Source: an uncultured Actinomycetota bacterium (GTDB lineage Bacteria > Actinomycetota > Actinomycetes > Propionibacteriales > Propionibacteriaceae). From it: a stretch of DNA of 32,000 bases. Below are positions 24,788-32,000 of this stretch, one piece after another. Under the pieces are notes generated by a model. That model saw only the letters and a list, made by a program, of their open reading frames with translations, did no database searches and was not told the origin of the DNA. The stretch's first letter is position 1, and each line of letters opens with the position of its first letter. The translations under genes were made by a program, and so were the position numbers. The stretch spans positions 834,943 to 866,942 of the forward strand of contig CAWFJC010000010.1 of the NCBI GenBank assembly GCA_963815975.1. Direction: 5' to 3'.

Positions 24788-26446
24788 ATGGAAGGCGCCC
24801 GCCCCGTACGCGCACCGCGCGGCACCACGCTGACCGCACGATCCTGGGCCACCGAGGCCCCGCTGCGGATGCTGATGAACAATCTCGATCCCGAAAACGC
24901 GGAACGTCCCGATGATCTTGTCGTGTACGGCGGCACGGGACGCGCGGCCCGCGACTGGCGGGCTTTCGATGCGATGGTTCGTACCCTCACCACGCTGGGA
25001 CCCGACGAGACCATGCTGGTGCAATCCGGCCGCCCGGTTGGGGTGATGCAAACCCACGAATGGGCGCCGCGAGTGATCTTGGCCAACTCCAACCTGGTCC
25101 CGGACTGGGCCACCTGGCCGGAGTTCCGCCGCCTAGAGAAGCTCGGGCTCACGATGTACGGCCAGATGACTGCCGGCTCATGGATCTACATCGGCACTCA
25201 GGGCATCGTGCAGGGCACGTACGAGACCTTCGCCGCGGTCGCGGAGAAACGATTCGGCGGCACACTGGCCGGAACCTTGACGCTCACCGGCGGTTGCGGA
25301 GGGATGGGCGGCGCCCAGCCGCTCGCGGTGACATTGAACGACGGGGTTTGTCTGATCGTTGACGTCGACCGTTCCCGGCTGCAGCGCCGCGTTGATCATC
25401 GGTACCTCGACGAGATCGCTGATGATCTTGATCAGGCGGTGGCGCGTGCTGTCGCCGCGAAGGCTGAGCGGCGGGCCACCTCCATTGGTGTGGTCGGTAA
25501 CTGCGCCGAGATCTTTCCTGAGCTTTTGCGGCGCGGCGTGCCGATCGACATTGTCACCGATCAGACCAGCGCCCACGATCCGCTGTCCTACCTGCCCGAA
25601 GGCATCAGCCTCGAGGACTGGGCGACCTACGCAGAGCAGAAGCCTGAGGAGTTCACCGACCGGGCGCGAGCCAGCATGGCGCGTCACGTTCAGGCGATGG
25701 TGGAGTTTCAGGACGGCGGCGCCGAGGTCTTCGACTACGGCAACTCGATTCGCGATGAGGCCCGCCAGGGTGGGTATGAGCGTGCCTTCGAGTTTCCCGG
25801 TTTCGTGCCGGCCTACATCCGGCCGCTGTTCTGTGAGGGCAAGGGCCCGTTCCGCTGGGTGGCGTTGTCCGGCGATCCAGCCGACATCGAAGCCACCGAC
25901 CAGGCTGTGATGGATCTCTTCCCAGACAATGATCGGCTGCACAAGTGGATGCGTGGTGCTCGCAACAAGATCAGCTTCCAGGGGCTGCCGGCGCGAATCT
26001 GCTGGCTTGGCTATGGCGAGCGGGACAAGGCCGGCCTGGCTTTCAATGACCTGGTCGCATCCGGCAAGATCAGCGCACCGATCGTGATCGGCCGTGATCA
26101 TCTAGATTGCGGCTCGGTTGCCAGTCCGTATCGGGAGACGGAGGCCATGCTCGACGGCTCGGATGCGATTGCAGACTGGCCGCTGCTCAATGCCATGATC
26201 AACACCGCCTCGGGAGCTTCCTGGGTTTCCATTCACCACGGCGGCGGGGTGGGCATTGGTCGCTCCATTCACGCCGGACAGGTCTCGCTTGCCGATGGCA
26301 CCGAGCTGGCCGCACAGAAGCTGGCACGGGTCTTGACAAATGATCCCGGCATGGGAGTGATCAGGCACGTCGATGCGGGTTACGAGCGGGCCGACGAGAT
26401 TGCCGCCCAGCGTGATGTCAGGATCCCCATGAAGGAGGGGATCTGA
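24788..26446 (+). CDS. hutU: Urocanate hydratase (HutU) segment, in frame with hutH, with its own ATG and SD-like AAAGGAAA
   Basis: [49 protein letters not shown] is the canonical HutU N-terminus. NAD site [13 protein letters not shown]. 552 aa from ATG 24788. Confidence 0.9.
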   Translation: MEGARPVRAPRGTTLTARSWATEAPLRMLMNNLDPENAERPDDLVVYGGTGRAARDWRAFDAMVRTLTTLGPDETMLVQSGRPVGVMQTHEWAPRVILANSNLVPDWATWPEFRRLEKLGLTMYGQMTAGSWIYIGTQGIVQGTYETFAAVAEKRFGGTLAGTLTLTGGCGGMGGAQPLAVTLNDGVCLIVDVDRSRLQRRVDHRYLDEIADDLDQAVARAVAAKAERRATSIGVVGNCAEIFPELLRRGVPIDIVTDQTSAHDPLSYLPEGISLEDWATYAEQKPEEFTDRARASMARHVQAMVEFQDGGAEVFDYGNSIRDEARQGGYERAFEFPGFVPAYIRPLFCEGKGPFRWVALSGDPADIEATDQAVMDLFPDNDRLHKWMRGARNKISFQGLPARICWLGYGERDKAGLAFNDLVASGKISAPIVIGRDHLDCGSVASPYRETEAMLDGSDAIADWPLLNAMINTASGASWVSIHHGGGVGIGRSIHAGQVSLADGTELAAQKLARVLTNDPGMGVIRHVDAGYERADEIAAQRDVRIPMKEGI

Positions 26447-26449
26447 GAA

Positions 26450-27667
26450 GTGATCATGACCCAGCCCGCGACCTTCGAGCAGCTTTGGTCTGCGATCGCA
26501 GACATTGGCCGCGATCCCGTCACCGGGGGATACCGGCGCTTTGCCTGGACTCAGGCGGACTCGAAAATGCGGGAATGGTTCGCCGGCGAATGCGCGAGCC
26601 GCGGTCTGGACCTGAGCGAAGATCGGATGGGCAACCAGTGGGCCTGGTGGGGCGATCCCGACAGCTCCGCTGACGGCGGCGTCGTGACCGGCTCTCACCT
26701 GGACAGCGTCCCGGACGGCGGCGCCTTCGACGGGCCGCTCGGCGTGGTCAGCGCGTTGCTGGCGATTGATCGACTCAGATCTGATGGCTTCCGGCCGCGG
26801 CGCCCGATTGGGGTGGTGAACTTTGTCGACGAGGAGGGGGCCCGGTTCGGCGTCTCCTGCGCTGGCTCGCGAGTGATCACTGGTGTGCTGAGTCCTGATC
26901 GGGCGCTTGCGCTGCGTGACGCCGATGGTGTGACCATGGCGGAGGCGATGCGCGCTGCTGGCCGACAGCCGGAACGGCTGGGTCCCGATCCCGAGGCGCT
27001 TGCGCGGATCGGGACGTTCATCGAGCTGCACATCGAGCAGGGCCGCGGTCTGATCGACCTGGGCCGGGCCGTAGCCGTTGGGAGCGGGCTCTGGGCACAT
27101 GGTCGATGGCGAATCGAAATCCCCGGTGAGGCAAATCACGCCGGCACTACCAGGCTGGACGATCGCCGGGACGCGGTGATCGGCTGTGCGCGTGCCGTGC
27201 TGGCCGCGCGGGCCGCGGCGGAGGCGCACGAGACTCTCGCGACGGTGGGGAAGATCAGCATCCAGCCCGGCGGGGTGAACGCCATTGCCAGTTCGGCAAC
27301 TGCCTGGCTCGATGCCCGTGCCGCCGGTGAGCCGGCGTTGCGGGCAACTCTGGCTCAAATCGAGGCTGAGGTCGCCGCGTCGGGCGTCGTTGTGACCGAG
27401 GAGTCGTGGACTCCGCAGACCTTCTTCGACGATGCGCTCGTCAGCAGGCTGGCCCGGCTGCTCGACAATGCACCCGTGATGAGCACCGGTGCCGGGCATG
27501 ATGCCGGGATTCTCGCGAATGCCGGCGTGCCGGCCGTCATGATCTTCGTCCGCAACCCCACCGGGGCGTCTCACACTCCGGCCGAATGGGCCGAGGCTGA
27601 GGACTGCCTTGCTGGTATTGACGCGCTGGCAAGGGTGCTGGCTGACCTAGCGGGAGCGGAGCAGTGA
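26450..27667 (+). CDS. M20-family amidohydrolase (allantoate amidohydrolase / N-carbamoyl-L-amino-acid hydrolase-like), probable alternative N-formylglutamate deformylase
   Basis: GSHLDSVPDGGAFDGPLGV and FVDEEGARFG metal-site motifs are present. It sits between hutU and hutF with 3-nt spacing and GAAGGAGG upstream. Confidence 0.75.
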   Translation: MIMTQPATFEQLWSAIADIGRDPVTGGYRRFAWTQADSKMREWFAGECASRGLDLSEDRMGNQWAWWGDPDSSADGGVVTGSHLDSVPDGGAFDGPLGVVSALLAIDRLRSDGFRPRRPIGVVNFVDEEGARFGVSCAGSRVITGVLSPDRALALRDADGVTMAEAMRAAGRQPERLGPDPEALARIGTFIELHIEQGRGLIDLGRAVAVGSGLWAHGRWRIEIPGEANHAGTTRLDDRRDAVIGCARAVLAARAAAEAHETLATVGKISIQPGGVNAIASSATAWLDARAAGEPALRATLAQIEAEVAASGVVVTEESWTPQTFFDDALVSRLARLLDNAPVMSTGAGHDAGILANAGVPAVMIFVRNPTGASHTPAEWAEAEDCLAGIDALARVLADLAGAEQ

Positions 27668-28986
27668 CCTCATACTGGGCCGCGTACGCCTGGCTGCCGG
27701 ACGGTTGCCAGGCTGGCGTCAGCTTTGACGTGCAAGACGGGCGCTTCGCGCGGCTGCGGAGCGGTGTCCAGCCCCAGGCCGGCCAGGAGATCTTGAGCGG
27801 CGTGACGCTGCCTGGTCTGGCCAATGGGCACAGCCACGCTTTTCATCGCGCCCTGCGCGGTCGAACGCATGCTGGCGGCGGCAGCTTCTGGACCTGGCGT
27901 GAGCAGATGTACGCGCTCGCCGAACGACTCGATCCCGATTCCTATCTGGCGCTGGCCCGCGCGGTGTTCGCCGAGATGGCGTCGGCCGGATACACCGTCG
28001 TCGGGGAGTTTCACTATCTGCACCATGATCAACGAGGCCGCCCGTACGGCGATCCGAATGCCATGGGCGCGGCCTTGATCCAGGCTGCCGCTGACGCGGG
28101 CATCAGGCTCACCCTGCTGGACGTGTGTTACCTCGCGGGCGGACTCGCTGCAACCGGCTATCTGCCACTGGATCCGGTGCAGACTCGATTCAGCGACGGC
28201 GATGTTGATCACTGGCAGCAGCGGGTGAGCTCGCTCGTTGATCGTGACCTGGTGCGCATGGGTGCCGCCGTTCATTCCGTACGCGCGGTGCCCGCTGAGG
28301 CGCTGAGCACGATCGAGAAGGCGGTACAGCAGCGTCCCCTGCATGTCCATCTGAGCGAGCAACCGGCCGAGAATGCTGCGACTCAGGCCTACTACGGCTG
28401 CACCCCTACCGAACTGCTCGATGATCATGGTCTACTTAGTGCCCGCACTACTGCCGTGCATGCCACCCATCTCACCGACAGCGACATCAAGACCCTGGGC
28501 GCCAATCAGACCTCGGCATGCTTCTGTCCGACAACCGAACGTGATCTTGCCGACGGCATCGGCCCGGCCCGTCGGCTGGCGGATGCGGGTAGCGCGTTGA
28601 CCCTGGGCTCGGATCAACACGCCGTCATCGACCCGTTCGAGGAGTTGCGCGGACTCGAGATGCACGAGCGGCTGGCCACGGGTGAACGCGGCCGCTTTAC
28701 GCCTGGTGATCTGATGATGATCGCCAGCGAAGCGGGCTATCACAGTCTTGGCTGGCCCGGCGGCGGCCGGATCGCCGACGGCGCGGTCGCGGACTTTGTC
28801 GTCGTGCGATCTGACTCGGTACGCACCACGGGAGCCCGTCCTGATCAGATTGGGTACGCCGCGACCGCGGCCGACATCGACCAAGTCGTCGTCGCGGGTC
28901 AGGTGATCGTCCGTGAAGGCCAGCATCGATTGGGCTCGCCCGCCCGGTTGCTGGCCGCTGCTCTTGATCAACTGGGTAGCGCATGA
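27664..28986 (+). CDS. hutF: Formimidoylglutamate deiminase
   Basis: Amidohydrolase motif [20 protein letters not shown]. 440 aa. The GTGA overlap with the upstream gene suggests translational coupling. Confidence 0.8.
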   Translation: MTSYWAAYAWLPDGCQAGVSFDVQDGRFARLRSGVQPQAGQEILSGVTLPGLANGHSHAFHRALRGRTHAGGGSFWTWREQMYALAERLDPDSYLALARAVFAEMASAGYTVVGEFHYLHHDQRGRPYGDPNAMGAALIQAAADAGIRLTLLDVCYLAGGLAATGYLPLDPVQTRFSDGDVDHWQQRVSSLVDRDLVRMGAAVHSVRAVPAEALSTIEKAVQQRPLHVHLSEQPAENAATQAYYGCTPTELLDDHGLLSARTTAVHATHLTDSDIKTLGANQTSACFCPTTERDLADGIGPARRLADAGSALTLGSDQHAVIDPFEELRGLEMHERLATGERGRFTPGDLMMIASEAGYHSLGWPGGGRIADGAVADFVVVRSDSVRTTGARPDQIGYAATAADIDQVVVAGQVIVREGQHRLGSPARLLAAALDQLGSA

Positions 28987-30173
28987 GCAGCATAGTGATC
29001 ACCGGAATCGGTGAGCTTGTCACCTGCGACGGCACAGGCCTAGACCAGCTTGGGATCAAACGGGACGCCGCCGTCGTGATCGACGACGACATGATCGCCT
29101 GGATCGGAGGATCGTCCGCAGCGCCCACTGCCGACGCCGTGATCGATGTCGGAGGGCGAGCCATCATCCCTGGTTTCGTTGACTCACACAGCCACCTGAT
29201 CTTCGCAGGCGACCGTGGGCCCGAGTTCGCGGCGCGGATGACCGGCCAGCCGTACGACGGAGGCGGCATCGGCGTGACGGTCGCGGCAACCCGTGCCGCC
29301 ACCGATGATGAGTTGCGGCGCCTGCTCGCCGCGCGGATCGCTGAGCTGCGGGCTCTCGGCACCACCACTATTGAGATCAAGAGTGGCTATGGGCTGACTG
29401 TTCATGATGAGGTTCGGGCTCTCCAGGTCGCTCGCGAGTTCAGCAGCGAGACCACGTTCCTCGGCGCCCACGTTGTGCCGGCCGAGTATGCGCAGGACCG
29501 GGCGGGGTATCTCGACCTGCTGGTCGGCCCCATGCTGGAAGCGGCAGCTCCGTACGCGCGCTGGATCGACGTCTTCTGTGAGCCTCATTCGCCGCATGCG
29601 TTCGATGCCTACGCGGCTCGCCGCATCCTCAAGGCAGGTGCTGCTGCCGGCCTTGGCCTGCGCGTTCACGGCAACCAGCTGGGCCATGGCCCTGGCGTCC
29701 AGTTGGCGGTGGAGTTAGGCGCCGCGAGCGTCGATCACTGCACCTATCTCGATGACGCCGATATCGACGCACTGGCCGCTGCCGCGGACACCACGGTGGC
29801 CACGCTGCTGCCGGGAGTCGAGTTCTGCACCCGCTCTCCCTATCCGGATGCTGCCCAACTGCTTGCCGCCGGCGTCTCGATCGCGTTGGCGACCGATTGC
29901 AATCCCGGAACTTGCTACTCCAGCTCCATGCCGTGGGTGATCTCCCTCGCCGTGCGCGAGATGGGGCTCAGCCCCGCGCAGGCACTGTTTGCTGCTACTG
30001 CCGGCTCGGCACAGTCGTTGCGGCGTACCGACATCGGTCGTCTGCTGGTGGGAAACAGAGCCGATCTCGCGGTACTGGATGCACCGTCATACGTGCACCT
30101 GGCCTATCGCCCTGGGGTGCCGATCGCCCGCGCGCTTGACCTCGATCGGGTCGCCCAGCAGGGGAGTTCCTGA
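28983..30173 (+). CDS. hutI: Imidazolonepropionase
   Basis: [25 protein letters not shown] and ATDCNPG motifs are present. ATGA overlap with hutF. Confidence 0.9.
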   Translation: MSSIVITGIGELVTCDGTGLDQLGIKRDAAVVIDDDMIAWIGGSSAAPTADAVIDVGGRAIIPGFVDSHSHLIFAGDRGPEFAARMTGQPYDGGGIGVTVAATRAATDDELRRLLAARIAELRALGTTTIEIKSGYGLTVHDEVRALQVAREFSSETTFLGAHVVPAEYAQDRAGYLDLLVGPMLEAAAPYARWIDVFCEPHSPHAFDAYAARRILKAGAAAGLGLRVHGNQLGHGPGVQLAVELGAASVDHCTYLDDADIDALAAAADTTVATLLPGVEFCTRSPYPDAAQLLAAGVSIALATDCNPGTCYSSSMPWVISLAVREMGLSPAQALFAATAGSAQSLRRTDIGRLLVGNRADLAVLDAPSYVHLAYRPGVPIARALDLDRVAQQGSS

Positions 30174-30226
30174 ACGGCGATGAGTCTTTGCCGTCTGGTT
30201 GGTCTGGATTGGCACACCTGGTCACT

Positions 30227-30361
30227 ATGACGGGCAGCCTGCGCCGACTGCAGGAGCTCGCGGCGTGCAAAGCTCGCTTGCGTGCGAAGCTGGCGTCGGA
30301 TCACGCCAGCCCGCTGACCGCGACCGTGGTGAACCTCAACTGCGGCGAGATTGCCGACTAG
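30227..30361 (+). CDS. Possible 44-aa ORF below the ORF-track size cutoff
   Basis: It reads ATG..TAG as MTGSLRRLQELAACKARLRAKLASDHASPLTATVVNLNCGEIAD. About 84% GC3 (37/44) by hand count is coding-like. There is no obvious RBS and I recognise no family. Confidence 0.2.
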   Translation: MTGSLRRLQELAACKARLRAKLASDHASPLTATVVNLNCGEIAD

Positions 30362-30381
30362 CGAGGGCGCCTATCACCGAC

Positions 30382-30771
30382 TCACTGGCCCACGAGCCAA
30401 TGCTCGACCGTTAGCTCACGCATCGGGAAGTCCTTCGGATTTCCGGTAGCCAATGCGCCGTCATTTACCCAAGCTGTCGCCGCCACGAGGCAGTCGCTCT
30501 GATACAGGGTTACCCCTTGAGCAGCGAACGTCCGTCGCCAGGTGCCCGCATGCCATGCGGCTCGGGCGTCGACCGGTAGGACGATAAGCCCGCTGAATAG
30601 CCGCCGTGCTGCCTCAGTCTCAGACGCCCGTAGTCCTCCCACGATCTCCTCGACGTTGATCGCCGTCGTTGCCGGTACATCACCGCTCGCGCGCAGCGCC
30701 ATAACGCGCGCGACAGCCGGTCGTCCTCTGAGGAAATCAATCAGCACAGTGGAATCAAGAACCCGAAGCAC
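30382..30771 (-). CDS. vapC: PIN-domain ribonuclease toxin (VapC family)
   Basis: PIN acidic residues are in the expected spacing (VLDSTVLID, INVEEIVGG, QSDCLVAATA, NPKDF). 129 aa. The GTG start lies 3 nt after the antitoxin stop. Confidence 0.85.
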   Translation of the reverse strand: MLRVLDSTVLIDFLRGRPAVARVMALRASGDVPATTAINVEEIVGGLRASETEAARRLFSGLIVLPVDARAAWHAGTWRRTFAAQGVTLYQSDCLVAATAWVNDGALATGNPKDFPMRELTVEHWLVGQ

Positions 30772-30774
30772 ATG

Positions 30775-31014
30775 TCACCCCGCGCGACGCACATCGGCAC
30801 GCCGCTGCTCCCGCACCCAAGCTCCGGGGTTCAGATCCCAGTCATGATCGTGATCTGCGATAGCGCCGGCGGCGCCCTCGATATCGATCCAGCGGAACTC
30901 CTGACGGATTGCACGCTCGATGGCTGAACGCACGAATGCGCTCCGACCTCGGGGGCCGCTCAGCTCATCGATTTGAGCGACGAGTTCATCGTCGAGTTCT
31001 ATGTGCATTCGCAT
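30775..31014 (-). CDS. vapB: Type II antitoxin, ribbon-helix-helix (VapB/CopG-like)
   Basis: MRMHIELDDELVAQIDELSGPRGRSAFVRSAIERAI fits an RHH fold pattern. 79 aa. It lies immediately upstream of vapC. Confidence 0.8.
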   Translation of the reverse strand: MRMHIELDDELVAQIDELSGPRGRSAFVRSAIERAIRQEFRWIDIEGAAGAIADHDHDWDLNPGAWVREQRRADVRRAG

Positions 31015-31040
31015 GTGCAGAACTTAGCACATAGCACCTC

Positions 31041-32000
31041 TCAAGGCATTTGGCGAAAAGCTGGTGGAGTGATCCGCAGATCCTTCCAGACGAAGGACGG
31101 CACGCGACCGAAGAACTCATGGGCAAAGTCCGCACAGAAGCCGATCAGCTTGGTGTCGTGCTTTGTGACGTCGAAGCGCATCACGTCGCTTTCGATCCGA
31201 AAGGGGGGCGGATCCGCGGTCGTCAAGAACTCCATCGTGCGTGGGTGGATCACATCGGATGCGAACTTGGCATCGTCGGTGCGCACGGTAAAGCGTTTGT
31301 TGAATTCCTCGCTTTCAAAGCGGACCTTCTTGCCACCCCAGCCGCCGCCTACCGAGAGCATGGGAAGTGTGAACGGCATCCGGACGGCGGTCACGATCTC
31401 CGAGTGGTCTTCGGTCACTGTGCGGGTCTGGCTGCGGCCCTCCGAGTCGGTATAGGTCTCGGTGCGTTCGGTCTTCCAGCGGTGGATGAACGCCTCGATG
31501 GGCAACCCGTCGTTGGGGCCACGAATCACCTTCTCCGTGGTATGCCCGAAGCCCGCCCTGGTGAGGTCGTACCTCGCGATCAGCGTGTCGTCACGTCCGA
31601 TCAGTTGCCAATCGGGGTGACCGTAGAAGCCAAATCCTGATTGCGGGGGCGTTATCTGGTACGGCGCCAAAGCGTCTTTGTTGAACGCCTCCGCGACCGC
31701 GCCCAGCTGCTCGAGATAGGTATGCAGTTCCGCTGGGTTCTTGGGTGCACCGACCGCGACCAGCTGTTGCCCGTCAATGCTGAGATCGACCGCCCGACCA
31801 GCCTGACCGAAAGTCGTAATGGCGTCGAGCGCGGCGCCGGAGATAGCCGAACGCCCGTATCCAGGGTCTGCGGCGCGTACCTGAAAGCGAGGATCGAGTT
31901 CGACCAGAGGCAGTTGTACGCCCTCACGTGCCTGATCGATAGACACGAACAGATCAGGTAACGGCAGGCCCAGCTGCACGCTCGCCACGCGGTCGTCGAA
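31041..32000 (-). CDS. DUF3137-like protein of unknown function; frame open to the window edge, so the 5' end is probably missing
   Basis: ESEEFNKRFTVRTDDAKFASDVIHPRTMEFL resembles the FxxxFxV...D...A..(I/L).P..ME.L signature I associate with DUF3137. A weaker second copy lies upstream (LDPRFQVRAADPGYGRSAISGAALDAI). Codons 31989-32000 remain open. Confidence 0.55.
   Translation of the reverse strand, partial: FDDRVASVQLGLPLPDLFVSIDQAREGVQLPLVELDPRFQVRAADPGYGRSAISGAALDAITTFGQAGRAVDLSIDGQQLVAVGAPKNPAELHTYLEQLGAVAEAFNKDALAPYQITPPQSGFGFYGHPDWQLIGRDDTLIARYDLTRAGFGHTTEKVIRGPNDGLPIEAFIHRWKTERTETYTDSEGRSQTRTVTEDHSEIVTAVRMPFTLPMLSVGGGWGGKKVRFESEEFNKRFTVRTDDAKFASDVIHPRTMEFLTTADPPPFRIESDVMRFDVTKHDTKLIGFCADFAHEFFGRVPSFVWKDLRITPPAFRQMP

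Overview
High-GC (about 65%) actinobacterial chromosomal segment, mostly conserved core genes. From memory, gene order matches the M. tuberculosis Rv2191-Rv2178c and S. coelicolor SCO2126 (glkA) neighbourhood.

Gene order, left to right:
- cyclophilin PPIase and a rhomboid-like membrane protein, translationally coupled
- a RAM-domain-only Lrp/AsnC protein bracketed by an unexplained repeat family
- a DEDD-exonuclease/GIY-YIG fusion
- an exported Cys-repeat protein, a SAM methyltransferase and a small Cys-rich protein
- a RipC-like coiled-coil NlpC/P60 hydrolase, a lipoprotein with an HExxH peptidase-MA motif and a GT4 PimB-like glycosyltransferase
- an SRPBCC protein, a ROK glucokinase, a membrane protein and an alpha/beta hydrolase
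- two tandem PlsC acyltransferases
- a large membrane protein with two degenerate Rossmann-like domains, a RyR domain and two PGDYG-like repeats
- an alpha/beta hydrolase, class II DAHP synthase, a PIG-L deacetylase, threonine aldolase and an MBL hydrolase
- an IclR regulator divergent from a histidine-utilisation operon (hutH, hutU, M20 amidohydrolase, hutF, hutI)
- a small accessory patch: vapBC and a DUF3137-like gene cut by the window edge

No rRNA, tRNA, CRISPR array or transposase was seen.

Most notable observations:
1. Three single-nucleotide reading-frame anomalies. The NlpC/P60 gene is frameshifted and reads through into the next gene as an 877-aa chimera. The small Cys protein is frameshifted. 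hutH has no stop codon and is fused in frame to hutU.
2. The rhomboid homologue lacks its catalytic Ser and His.
3. An inverted plus tandem repeat family flanks the RAM-domain gene.
4. The RyR-domain multidomain membrane protein is the best candidate for uncharacterised biology.

I did not find a convincing multi-gene novel system. All family assignments come from motifs read by eye and from memory, not from searches.
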